Shown here piece after piece: positions 9,505 to 20,890 of a stretch of 32,000 nucleotides of DNA; positions within the stretch are counted from its first letter, which is position 1; each line of letters starts with the position of its first letter. The translations under genes were made by a program, and so were the position numbers. The notes beneath the pieces were generated by a model. That model did not search any database, was not told the DNA's origin, and saw only the letters and a program-made list of their open reading frames with translations. The stretch is from Candidatus Kuenenia stuttgartensis (GTDB lineage Bacteria; Planctomycetota; Brocadiia; Brocadiales; Brocadiaceae): the NCBI RefSeq assembly GCF_900232105.1, contig NZ_LT934425.1:2940001-2972000 (forward strand), written 5' to 3'.

Positions 9505-10791
9505 TCAATCCTCCTTTTGTTTTGGAAATAGTTTTTCCCAATTAGGATGCCAGCCAAGAACTGGTTTATTAGTCAGAGCATGATATGTCCCAGCGATCGT
9601 TGAGCATGGGGGCGACATATCTCTGATTGTTTCCGCCCTTGACTTACAATCTCTGAAAAGCAATTGTCCTTTATCTTCTTCACTTAAACTTTTTTCAGTA
9701 ATGTCTATTCTTATTCTTTGGTTTTTCCAAAAGTTATTTAACTTTGTCTCAAAATCAGAAGCAATATCTTCGTCAATGATGCCGCTCTCTATCCACCGTT
9801 CACGATTTACATCTGCTCTCAAAAAATCTGACACTGCCTCTAATATATCATCATCAGTAGTGCCGATTACATCAAGCTGTTTCAGATATACCGGACGAAC
9901 TTTTACCTGGCTTTGGATATCTTCGTCCTTTAGAGGATACTGCAATGTAAAATCAACAAGTTCTCGACAACGAGCACGATTAAACAGAACTAAAAACTGT
10001 TGATCAAATTTTTCCCAACTTATGATTGCTAGTTCCCGTGCTGCAATTTTTTCAGTGATTACTTTCTGTAACCAACCACTGATTTGATCCATAAGAAATT
10101 CAATTTGGCTTACTGGAACATGCTTGCGCCGAATTTCGTAGCGCACGTTATCATAACCAGTGTCACTTCCGATTTGAAGCTCAAATCTTTCCACAACTTT
10201 TACCAGCAAAGACTCGTTTTGATTAACCACTAAATCATAGTATTCCCAAATATCATGGTCCTTTTTTATATCATTAAGCACTTTTTTTGCGTCATCAATT
10301 GCAGATTGCGCTTCCTTTTGGTTTCGCGCAGAACTAAATTTATCGACAATACCGCTTCTTCCAGACTGATTACAATACAGGATAAATTTTGTTTTTCCTA
10401 CACCTAGGTTTCTACTTGTGATTGCTTTTATCCAATTTGAAAATGTTTTCCACAAATCGGTCGATTTGTCGGTCAGGGGATTTCCAACTATTGAAGATTT
10501 GTCTTCCTCGGTAATTACCCCTCCATCTGGTTTAAGAGTTGCTACATCGCCCCGAACTTCAACACAAACAGCATCGCCTGGGCCACTCCTAAGAAGGTGG
10601 TACAATGCACGTGGAAACTGAATTGTATACCCTAGTAACTGACCTGGTGCATTTGATTTCATTCGTATCCGCCTATTAGCATTCCAGAGAAGTCGCTGTC
10701 GTTTCACGAAGGTTGACCTATAGAGAAGGGCGCATTCCCAAATATTTGTAGATCCCCCATCCTTGTTCTCGATCTCCTCAGACTGGGTCAA
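9505..10791 (-). CDS. Large third component of the ABC-three-component system, possible N-terminal nuclease-like domain
   Basis: 428 aa ORF directly upstream of the middle component; GYTIQFPRALYHLL...VCVEVRGDVATLKPDGGVITEEDKSS...LTDKSTDLWKTFSNWI resembles DUF4297/Cap4-type modules. True start may be Met44 at 10662, preceded by an AGGCGG-like SD. Confidence 0.6.
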   Translation of the reverse strand: MTQSEEIENKDGGSTNIWECALLYRSTFVKRQRLLWNANRRIRMKSNAPGQLLGYTIQFPRALYHLLRSGPGDAVCVEVRGDVATLKPDGGVITEEDKSSIVGNPLTDKSTDLWKTFSNWIKAITSRNLGVGKTKFILYCNQSGRSGIVDKFSSARNQKEAQSAIDDAKKVLNDIKKDHDIWEYYDLVVNQNESLLVKVVERFELQIGSDTGYDNVRYEIRRKHVPVSQIEFLMDQISGWLQKVITEKIAARELAIISWEKFDQQFLVLFNRARCRELVDFTLQYPLKDEDIQSQVKVRPVYLKQLDVIGTTDDDILEAVSDFLRADVNRERWIESGIIDEDIASDFETKLNNFWKNQRIRIDITEKSLSEEDKGQLLFRDCKSRAETIRDMSPPCSTIAGTYHALTNKPVLGWHPNWEKLFPKQKED

Positions 10792-11118
10792 ATGGGCAAT
10801 TTTCCTCTATTTCGAGATATGCATTTCCTACTTTAATGGAAAAACAGTAATAAATAGGGCATGAAACAGGTAAAATATAAGGAGTTGCCACCACTTTTGA
10901 GATAACAAAGTTCATTTGACCCAGTCTGTGCGCGCCTTGCCTACAAGGAAAATGTTTTGTGCCTGTTATATAACAGGCACACGTGAATATCTTTTTCAAA
11001 AAACAAAACTAATACAGAATCCTTAATTTTATTGAGTTTTTTCAAAAAACTAAAATCTTACCAATTGTAAAGGAAGCTCATGCTTTCTATTTTAGAAGCA
11101 GAGCTTCTAAAGCAATTA

Positions 11119-11144
11119 CGTTCCAAAGCTGGAGCTTTGGAACG
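11119..11144. repeat. Perfect 12-bp inverted repeat CGTTCCAAAGCT-GG-AGCTTTGGAACG, hairpin-type dispersed repeat
   Basis: Read directly; related in architecture to the hairpin at 22591-22616. Confidence 0.8.
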
Positions 11145-11442
11145 AGTTGTGATCCTATTTTTAAATTTACAAATATTTGGAAATGCTTCTCATAGAGAAT
11201 TAGGGAAAGCCGATGTCACATTTTGAATAGTGAATTAATTTTGGTTAATATTTTTTTTATTTGCGGTTCTTTTGCTCAACTAAACCTTTATATTACTTAC
11301 TTGTTTGCTGACAGAAGAATAACCATGATTAAATATTTTTGCAATTTCATTATTTTCAAATTTAGAAATTCGGTTTCCTCCATTAAATATTTTGCCAAAA
11401 AGTGCAAAGAAATACCTTTTAGGGTACTATGCGTGAACTATA

Positions 11443-13104
<1,662 letters not shown>

Positions 13105-13126
13105 TTAAAGCTCCAATAGGGGTATT

Positions 13127-13429
13127 CTAACTGATAAGTGGCAATTTTGCCCGGATTGTTTTCGCGGCTGGCAACCAGCCATAAAAAGCTCTTTTTATCC
13201 AATGAAGATGCTGGACCAGGGTGTTCCACTCGTGAATTAAGAACATGGCATTGTCTGCGCTGTATTCTATATCTCCTGATTCCTTGAAGCCTAATCTTGT
13301 AGCTAGTTCATGCGCCGAAAGGTATGCCTCCGGTGTGTTGTTTACCACAATAAAAATATAGTTTATGTAGGCAAACCGTTCCGGACTCAGATGCTCTAAA
13401 TCCGTCGCATCTTCTTTAACTATAGTCAA
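13127..13429 (-). CDS. Small conserved-looking hypothetical protein upstream of pgi
   Basis: 100 aa ORF, same strand as and close to pgi; no family recognised. Confidence 0.45.
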   Translation of the reverse strand: MTIVKEDATDLEHLSPERFAYINYIFIVVNNTPEAYLSAHELATRLGFKESGDIEYSADNAMFLIHEWNTLVQHLHWIKRAFYGWLPAAKTIRAKLPLIS

Positions 13430-13878
13430 AAGCGTATTGATAGGGGGGACTTCCCGTTTTTCTCTCTAAAAAGAGGGTGGCAGCGGAGCTGACGGGATGT
13501 TTATTAAACGCCGGGTTACCAGGAATTTCCAAAATCTGATTTCTTTGACTATAAATATACGGTTCGTCATACGTAAAACAACCCCCTTCCTCCCCTTTTT
13601 AAGGGGGGACTTTTGCTGCTGGTAATGCCAATATGAATATTTTTGTGTGGGGGATATTAAATCAGAAAGGTTAAAGATAGCAAGTTTTTAATTCTTCCGG
13701 CTTCGCCAAATACTATAGTATACGCACAAATGATTCTTCCCTTGTCTCTTTATTCTGTATTTTGGTTCATCTTATTTGTTTATTTAAATACCCAAATTCC
13801 AAGCTCAATTTATACACTACAAATTATAAAGAGCAATAAAGTAAGATAAATCAATGTCTTTTCGACTAATTGAATTAT

Positions 13879-13905
13879 GTATAGTGTATATTGTATACAC
13901 TACAC
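13879..13905. promoter_or_regulatory. Operator-like palindrome GTATAGTGTATA-TTG-TATACACTACAC
   Basis: 12-nt arms with one mismatch and a 3-nt spacer in the intergenic region upstream of the peroxidase; a further half site GTAGTGTATA lies near 13977-13986. Confidence 0.4.
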
Positions 13906-14048
13906 GAATAGTTTATGTTTTTATTAAAGGAAGCGAAAACTATTGAATATACAGGCTTTCCGCATATATATTCAATGTAGTGTATAAAATTAGCTTCGAA
14001 GTCAGGTAAATAGTGACGTAACTAATTTATGAATACAAATAAATGCTG

Positions 14049-14077
14049 TTGACAATTTTGCATTTGATAAATATTAT
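14049..14077 (+). promoter_or_regulatory. Sigma70-like promoter (TTGACA, 17 bp, TATTAT)
   Basis: TTGACA at 14049-14054 and TATTAT at 14072-14077, upstream of the CDS at 14168. Confidence 0.6.
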
Positions 14078-14167
14078 TAAATAAAAATCGTTGTAGGTAA
14101 CATGGGATTATGTTGTTATGGATCACTTAATGGCTACGTTTTCATTACACACGAAAAAGGATGATAT

Positions 14168-15244
14168 ATGAAGATTACTAGATTTGCTACCATGTGTTGT
14201 TTGTTGGCATTTGCTGCTATTACCTTTGTATTACCTGTACTGGTTTCTGCGGAGGAACCGCCCCGGAATATCGGCTATGGCAGAGGCGGAAGAATGCAGG
14301 GAGGCGCTGTATCTTCACGGTCAAAAGAACCCATCAAGCCGATCCCGATTAATTTTGACGATAACAGGGCAAAGACGGATTTAGGGAAAAAGTTATTCTT
14401 TGAACCAAGGTTGTCTAAATCCGAATGGATTACGTGCAATTCCTGCCACAATCTTTCTACGGGCGGTACGGATAATCTGCCGACTTCTATTGGACATAAA
14501 TGGACGCTTGGTCCTATAAATTCACCAACCGTCCTGAACTCAAAATTTAATCTGGCGCAATTCTGGGATGGACGCGCCAAGGATTTGAAGGAGCAGGCAA
14601 AAGGCCCTATCGCCAATCCTATGGAAATGGCTTCGAACTATCAACTTGCGGTAGATGTATTGCAATCGATCCCGGAATATGTGGGGTGGTTTAAGGATGT
14701 CTATGGAGAGGGAAAGATTACTATAGATAACGTTGCGGATGCCATCGCAGCATTTGAAGAAACGCTGACTACTCCAAACTCACGGTTCGATTCATGGCTA
14801 AACGGTTATGACGAAAAAATCACCGCTGAGGAAAAGGCGGGGTACGACCTTTTTAAGGAAAAAGGATGCATAGGCTGCCATAACGGATTCGGGGTGGGAG
14901 GAAACTCTTTTGAGAAATTTGGCATTGCAAAACCCTATGACAAAGACACCCAGACGCTCGGACGCTATAACGTGACAAAGGATGAGAATGATAAATACGT
15001 TTTCAAGGTGCCGCTGCTCAGAAATATTGAGCTCACAGCGCCCTATTTTCATGATGCAAGCACGTGGAGTTTGAGTGAGGCGGTGAATGTGATGGCGGAA
15101 TATCAGTTAGGCATAAAACTTACTGAAAATGAAACAAGCAGGATTGTTGCGTTTCTCAAAACACTGACCGGTGATCAACCCGAACTTATTTATCCCATTT
15201 TGCCACCTTCAAGCGCAAATACACCGCAACCAAACCGGAATTGA
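14168..15244 (+). CDS. ccpA: Di-haem cytochrome c peroxidase (CcpA/MauG family), exported
   Basis: Signal peptide; two haem motifs CNSCH and CIGCH; LGKKLFFEPRLS, NLSTGGTDN, PTVLNSKFNLAQFWDGRAKDL, PYFHDAS typical of the family. Confidence 0.92.
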   Translation: MKITRFATMCCLLAFAAITFVLPVLVSAEEPPRNIGYGRGGRMQGGAVSSRSKEPIKPIPINFDDNRAKTDLGKKLFFEPRLSKSEWITCNSCHNLSTGGTDNLPTSIGHKWTLGPINSPTVLNSKFNLAQFWDGRAKDLKEQAKGPIANPMEMASNYQLAVDVLQSIPEYVGWFKDVYGEGKITIDNVADAIAAFEETLTTPNSRFDSWLNGYDEKITAEEKAGYDLFKEKGCIGCHNGFGVGGNSFEKFGIAKPYDKDTQTLGRYNVTKDENDKYVFKVPLLRNIELTAPYFHDASTWSLSEAVNVMAEYQLGIKLTENETSRIVAFLKTLTGDQPELIYPILPPSSANTPQPNRN

Positions 15245-15692
15245 GGGCATTGGCGGAAGAAACAAGAATATCCTCCATTTTTGTCCAGTTGTATATGGAT
15301 GGTCTCACAGGTCATTATGAGCAATTCTTTAGGGTCATCCGGAAACAATGCCAGGCACTCGACGGGTCTCCACTACGCTCCAATAACGGTACATTTTGCC
15401 ATCCTTTATCCTTGATTTCGCTCGTAAAAGCATGAAAGCATTTTCTCCGTTTTTATTGGACTCGTCAAGAGGGTCGGTAGGCACTACAGCGCATTTTGAA
15501 AACCTACTTTAGCAAAATCAAGGGTTTCAAGGCGATATATGTCTAAAAATCATCGTTTTTCGGTGCGAATTGCGAAAGTCGGGTTAACAGGGAGATTGTA
15601 TCAAGCTTGTCCTCGCAGTATTTCAGCGGGGAAAGATATGTGAAATCGATCCATTATGTTGTCCAAAATGTAGCTGTGAGATGAAAGTCATC

Positions 15693-15720
15693 CGTTTCAT
15701 TACCGTCGTTTCATTACCGT
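15693..15720 (+). repeat. 14-bp tandem duplication (CGTTTCATTACCGT x2)
   Basis: Read directly. Confidence 0.85.
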
Positions 15721-15746
15721 GCATAATTTTAAAAAATAGTTGAATT

Positions 15747-16214
15747 GTGAGAATATTTTACTACACTCATGAAAATAATTTTATTTACACTTTTAGTAAA
15801 AGCCACTGTTGCATATTTATGGATAAACAATTCTCAAAAATAATTCTTTCATTAATTTTTATAAGTAGCACTCTCTGCTTTTTTGGATTTGGAGAGTCTT
15901 TTACCTTTAATACTCAGTCAAATCATCATCAAGTTGAGATTTCGCTTGATTCACATCTGGATAGCTTTTCCGGTTTTATTGTTAGTGACCACAGTGATCC
16001 TCTGAACATCTATTTCACATCTTTTCCTGGAGACGAATGTGGACTGGAAGAAAAAAAAGCGAAAAAGAAACGAGAGAATCTTCGAGGATATTATTCCAAC
16101 GAGGAGCAATTAACACATAATGTAAATGCACCATCGTTCCGGTCTGTCCCCTTATCAACGTGCTACCTTTACCATTCCTCCCTTTACCTTCTTTTTGAAG
16201 TATTCCTACTTTGA
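15747..16214 (+). CDS. Hypothetical small protein with hydrophobic N-terminal segment
   Basis: 155 aa ORF upstream of the RND operon; no recognised family. Confidence 0.35.
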   Translation: MRIFYYTHENNFIYTFSKSHCCIFMDKQFSKIILSLIFISSTLCFFGFGESFTFNTQSNHHQVEISLDSHLDSFSGFIVSDHSDPLNIYFTSFPGDECGLEEKKAKKKRENLRGYYSNEEQLTHNVNAPSFRSVPLSTCYLYHSSLYLLFEVFLL

Positions 16215-16438
16215 TTCTTTCTGAATCAAGGAGCCTTTGCTACTTGGCGTTTAATTAATTTACTTACTGCTTAAAGCGCTACATTTAGTATGTGGACGCA
16301 TCGGTGATGTAAACAGGTTAAGCTGGTTTTCAAGTTGAGGCTCTATCTACCCTTTTTGCTTACAAACTCAGCACAAAATATACCCGTTTTAATTTTCTAA
16401 TTGTTTAATAATAAAGATTTTCAATGTCTGGAGTATTG

Positions 16439-17524
16439 ATGAAAAGAATGCTCATACTCGTAAGCCTGATTGCTTTGTTATGCCATGCAGGCTGTGGAAC
16501 AGAACACGAAGAACATAAAAAAGAGGAAGTCAAATTTCTGGTTACCAGCCCGTTGAGAAAAGACACTTCCCTCACCACGGAGTACGTATGCCAAATCCAT
16601 GCCATACAACATATTGAAATAAGAACGTTCGAAAGAGGCTACTTAAATAAGATTTTTGTGGATGAAGGGCAGTTGGTCAGGAAAGGGCAGCTTATGTTCC
16701 AGGTCCTGCCCGTCATATACCGTGCCGAATTTCACAAAGCACAGGCCGAAGCAAAGGGGGCAGAAATTGAATACTTAAATACAAAATCGCTTGCAGACAA
16801 CAATATAGTATCTCCTAATGAATTGGCACTGGCTAAGGCCAGATTTGATAAAGCAAAGGCTGAACAGGCATTGGCTAAGGCACGCTTAGGGTTTACGGAT
16901 ATCAGAGCTCCCTTTAATGGTTTGATGGATCACTTCCATGTAAGGCTTGGAAGCCTTTTGGATGAAGGCGAACTGCTTACCACTTTATCGGATAACAGTG
17001 AAATGTGGGTGTATTTCAATGTGCCGGAAGCGGAATATTTGGATTACAAAACAAAGATAAATAAAGACAACCAGGTACAAGTAAAGTTACTAATGGCAAA
17101 TAATCAGCTTTTTGAATACCCCGGAGTGGTTACCACCATTGAAGCCGATTTTAACAACGAAACAGGTAATATTGCTTTCAGGGCAACATTCCCCAACCCG
17201 GAAGGGCTGTTAAGGCATGGAGAAACAGGTAATATCCTAATGACCAAACCGCTCGAAAACGCACTGCTGATTCCGCAGAAAGCCACTTTTGAGATCATGG
17301 ATAAGAAATATGTTTTTGTGATAGATGAAAACAATGTAGTAAGAACAAGGCACATTACCATAGGAGCGGAAATGCCACACCTATTTGTGGTAAAAGAAGG
17401 TTTAACTGAAAACGATAAGATACTTTTAGAAGGCTTGCGTAAAGTAAGAGATAAGGAAGAAATAACTTATGAATTTATGGATCCAGATTCGGTAATGGCA
17501 CATCTGGATTTATATGCAGAATAA
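16439..17524 (+). CDS. RND efflux periplasmic adaptor lipoprotein (AcrA/MexE-like)
   Basis: Lipobox LLCHAGC; EFHKAQAEAKGAEIEYL, FTDIRAPFNGLMD and GLTENDKILLEGLRKVRDKEEI are typical of the family. Start placed at 16439 behind GGAG (ORF opens at 16424). Confidence 0.93.
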   Translation: MKRMLILVSLIALLCHAGCGTEHEEHKKEEVKFLVTSPLRKDTSLTTEYVCQIHAIQHIEIRTFERGYLNKIFVDEGQLVRKGQLMFQVLPVIYRAEFHKAQAEAKGAEIEYLNTKSLADNNIVSPNELALAKARFDKAKAEQALAKARLGFTDIRAPFNGLMDHFHVRLGSLLDEGELLTTLSDNSEMWVYFNVPEAEYLDYKTKINKDNQVQVKLLMANNQLFEYPGVVTTIEADFNNETGNIAFRATFPNPEGLLRHGETGNILMTKPLENALLIPQKATFEIMDKKYVFVIDENNVVRTRHITIGAEMPHLFVVKEGLTENDKILLEGLRKVRDKEEITYEFMDPDSVMAHLDLYAE

Positions 17525-17559
17525 TGTAAGTATTAGAAAAGAGAAGAAAGAAAAAAAAC

Positions 17560-20500
17560 ATGTTCAGTAACATTCTTCACAGGCCCATATTTGCAATTGT
17601 CATATCGCTCGTCATTGTTTTCATGGGTGGATTGTCCATAACACAGCTACCTATATCACAGTTTCCTGAAATTGCTCCCACAACGGTAAATATTTTTATT
17701 GCCTATCCTGGCTCCAATGCCGATGTGTTGGTTAAATCCACCCTTATTCCATTGGAAACGGCTATCAATGGTGTTCAGGGAATGAGGTACATAGCATCTG
17801 ACGCTACCAGTGCAGGAGAAGCTACCATCCGGATAATATTTGAACCCGGTACTGATCCTAATCAAGCGGTTATAAGGGTGAAAACAAGGGTGGATCAGGT
17901 GATGCCCCTTCTTCCTCCGCTGGTTCAGCGGGAAGGAGTTATCATCACACCTATACAACCCAGTATGTTGATGTATGTGAACTTATACAGTGAAGATGAA
18001 AATACCGATGAAAAGCTCCTTTACAATTACGCCTATACCAAAATGATACCGGAAATACAACGAATTAACGGTATAGCGATGGCGCAAATACTGGGGAGCC
18101 GGAAATACGCCATGCGCATCTGGTTGAAACCTGATCGGATGCGTGCATATAACATCTCGGCAGAAGAAGTGATGAAGTCAATGTCGGAGCAAAGCATCAT
18201 AGCCAGGCCGGGAAGATTAGGGCAAAGTTCAGGAATACATGCACAATCGATGGAATATGTGCTGACATATCAGGGAAGGTATAACAAGCCGGAACAATAT
18301 GGGAATATCATCATTCGGGCCAATGAAAAAGGCGAAATACTCTACCTTAAAGATATAGCCAATGTAGAGCTCGGAAGCGAATTTTTTGACATCTATTCCA
18401 ACATTGACGGTCATCCGGCGGCATCCATTGTTTTAAAACAAACAGTCGGCAGTAATGCCAAAGAGGTCATTAAGCAGGTAAAGGCCAAACTGAAAGAATT
18501 AAAAGCGGAATTCCCACCTAAAATGGATTATAAGATCAGTTATGATGTATCGCAATTTTTGAGTGCCTCTATTGAACAAGTGATGCATACGTTACGAGAC
18601 GCATTTATATTGGTAGCTTTAGTCGTATTTATCTTTCTTGGCGATTGGCGCTCCACGTTAATTCCAACACTGGCCGTTCCTGTATCCCTGATCGGCGCCT
18701 TCTTTTTTATGCAGTTTATCGGACTTTCCATCAACCTGGTCACCTTATTTGCCCTTGTGCTGGCCATTGGTATTGTCGTTGACGATGCCATTGTGGTGGT
18801 AGAAGCCGTACATGCCAAAATGGAAAAGGAAAACCTGTCGCCATACAATGCCACCCAACAAGTGATGCGTGAGATCAGTGGCGCCATTATTGCAATTACG
18901 CTGGTAATGACAGCAGTATTTATCCCTGTCTCATTCTTGTCGGGCCCGGTAGGTGTATTCTACCGGCAGTTTTCCATTACGATGGCCGCTTCCATTGTTA
19001 TTTCGGGTATTGTTGCACTTACGCTTACACCGGTGCTGTGTGCCATTATATTGAAGAATACGCACGGTAAACCGAGAAAAAGATCACCGATTAAGTGGTT
19101 GCTAGGCTATTTTAACAAGGGGTTCGGAAAGCTGACAGGAAGATATGTAGGATTGCTGAAATTAATAGCAAACAGAAGATTGGTCACTTTCGGGATATTG
19201 CTGGTATTTGGTGTCGGGATATTCTTGGAAAGCACAGTTGTTCCAACAGGATTTGTTCCCGGTGAAGACCAGGGTACAATCTATGCCATTATACAAACCC
19301 CTCCAGGCTCCACTCTGGAATTAACCTATCAGGTAGCCCAAGAACTGCAAAAAGTTTGCAAAGAAATTGATGCAGTTGAATCGGTTGTTTCATTGGCCGG
19401 TTATGAGATCATGACAGAAGGACGAGGCTCTAATGCGGGGACATGCCTGATCAGCCTGAAAGACTGGTCGGAGCGTAAACAATCGGTTCGTGAGACCATA
19501 GAGGAAATGGAAGAAAAAACGAAGGATCTTGGAGCCATCATAGAGTTTTTTGAACCACCTCCTGTGCCGGGATTTGGTTCTTCCGGCGGTTTTTCTCTGC
19601 GCCTGCTCGATAAAACCAATTCTACAGATTACCATGAATTTGAAAAAATAAATAGTGAATTTATGGACGCCATGCGCGAGCGAAAAGAGCTGTCCGGCTT
19701 ATTTACTTTTTATGCGGCCAATTATCCTCAATATGAGTTGGAGATAGACAACAAAGCTGCTATGCAGAAAGGGGTGTCTATCGAAAGAGCAATAGAAAAC
19801 CTCAACATTCTGATAGGGAGTACTTATGAGCAAGGGTTTATTCGATTTGGCCGTTTTTTCAAAGTTTACACACAGTCGGTTCCGGAAAGCCGAAGGTTCC
19901 CATCGGATATTGAGAAACTGTATGTAAAAAATAAATATGATGAGATGGTGCCTTATTCATCATTTATGAAGATGAAAAAAACACAGGGCCCCAATGAAAT
20001 TACCCGTTACAACTTATACAATTCGGCTGCCATCAGGGGGTTTCCCGCACGGGGGCACACTACTGGCGAGGCCATACAAGCGATACGGGAGGTAGCTGAG
20101 GAAGTTTTGCCCATAGGGTATGACATCGCCTGGGAAGGCCTTTCGTTTGATGAAGCCGCACGGGGAAATGAAGCGATTTATATCTTTGCTATCGTGCTCA
20201 TTTTTGTCTATTTGGTGCTTGCCGCACAGTACGAGAGCTTCGTCTTGCCTTTAGCGGTAATCTTTTCCCTGCCGATCGGAATATTTGGTTCGTTTTTACT
20301 GCTCAAACTCACGGGATTGGCCAACGACGTTTATGCCCAGGTAGGGATGATCATGTTGATCGGCTTGCTGACAAAGAATGCTGTGCTGATCGTGGAATTT
20401 GCCGTTCAGAACCATCATCAGGGAGCGACCATAATCGATGCGGCTATAGAAGGTGCCAGGATGCGTTTTCGACCGATCCTGATGACTTCCTTTGCCTTTT

Positions 20501-20796
20501 GTGCGGGATTGATACCCCTGGTTACTGCCACCGGTCCTGGCGCCATTGGTAATCGTACCATAGGCTCATCTTCTCTTGGGGGTATGCTTATTGGAACCGT
20601 TTTCGGGGTAATCGTTATTCCCGGATTGTATTACATATTCGGTAAACTCATAGAAGGCCGTCAACTCATAAAAGATGAATATTTAGAACCCCTGAGCGAA
20701 GAATATGTGCATTCAAGAGACAAATATCTCAGCGTTTGTACTGGTTTTCCCACAGGCCTGAACGAAGAAGAAAATGAACATACAAAAGAAAGTTAG
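17560..20796 (+). CDS. RND efflux inner-membrane pump, HAE1 family (AcrB/MexF-like)
   Basis: 1078 aa; RPIFAIVISLVIVFMGGLSITQLPISQFPEIAPTTV, VVDDAIVVVEAVHA, GLLTKNAVLIVEFA, RMRFRPILMTS motifs. Confidence 0.97.
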   Translation: MFSNILHRPIFAIVISLVIVFMGGLSITQLPISQFPEIAPTTVNIFIAYPGSNADVLVKSTLIPLETAINGVQGMRYIASDATSAGEATIRIIFEPGTDPNQAVIRVKTRVDQVMPLLPPLVQREGVIITPIQPSMLMYVNLYSEDENTDEKLLYNYAYTKMIPEIQRINGIAMAQILGSRKYAMRIWLKPDRMRAYNISAEEVMKSMSEQSIIARPGRLGQSSGIHAQSMEYVLTYQGRYNKPEQYGNIIIRANEKGEILYLKDIANVELGSEFFDIYSNIDGHPAASIVLKQTVGSNAKEVIKQVKAKLKELKAEFPPKMDYKISYDVSQFLSASIEQVMHTLRDAFILVALVVFIFLGDWRSTLIPTLAVPVSLIGAFFFMQFIGLSINLVTLFALVLAIGIVVDDAIVVVEAVHAKMEKENLSPYNATQQVMREISGAIIAITLVMTAVFIPVSFLSGPVGVFYRQFSITMAASIVISGIVALTLTPVLCAIILKNTHGKPRKRSPIKWLLGYFNKGFGKLTGRYVGLLKLIANRRLVTFGILLVFGVGIFLESTVVPTGFVPGEDQGTIYAIIQTPPGSTLELTYQVAQELQKVCKEIDAVESVVSLAGYEIMTEGRGSNAGTCLISLKDWSERKQSVRETIEEMEEKTKDLGAIIEFFEPPPVPGFGSSGGFSLRLLDKTNSTDYHEFEKINSEFMDAMRERKELSGLFTFYAANYPQYELEIDNKAAMQKGVSIERAIENLNILIGSTYEQGFIRFGRFFKVYTQSVPESRRFPSDIEKLYVKNKYDEMVPYSSFMKMKKTQGPNEITRYNLYNSAAIRGFPARGHTTGEAIQAIREVAEEVLPIGYDIAWEGLSFDEAARGNEAIYIFAIVLIFVYLVLAAQYESFVLPLAVIFSLPIGIFGSFLLLKLTGLANDVYAQVGMIMLIGLLTKNAVLIVEFAVQNHHQGATIIDAAIEGARMRFRPILMTSFAFCAGLIPLVTATGPGAIGNRTIGSSSLGGMLIGTVFGVIVIPGLYYIFGKLIEGRQLIKDEYLEPLSEEYVHSRDKYLSVCTGFPTGLNEEENEHTKES

Positions 20797-20890
20797 AACA
20801 TGATCTCAAAAAACCTGCGGAAGGCTTCTAACAAGCTAATTAAAAAATTGTTAAGGTCGAAATAAAGAGTAATCAAAGAAATTAAAGACA

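Noticed and set aside
13450-13625. G/C-rich tracts such as AGGGGGGACTTCCCG... and CCCCTTCCTCCCCTTTTTAAGGGGGGAC, possible repeat or terminator
   Set aside because: No clean terminal inverted repeats or target duplication, and hairpin pairing is imperfect.
15241-15435. 64-aa ORF after the peroxidase gene
   Set aside because: Short, overlaps the peroxidase stop, and has no family resemblance; probably spurious.
19390-19635. Antisense ORFs inside the RND pump gene and elsewhere (for example 17656-17958, 18540-18887, 19390-19635)
   Set aside because: They lie opposite a clearly conserved coding sequence and have no recognisable domains.
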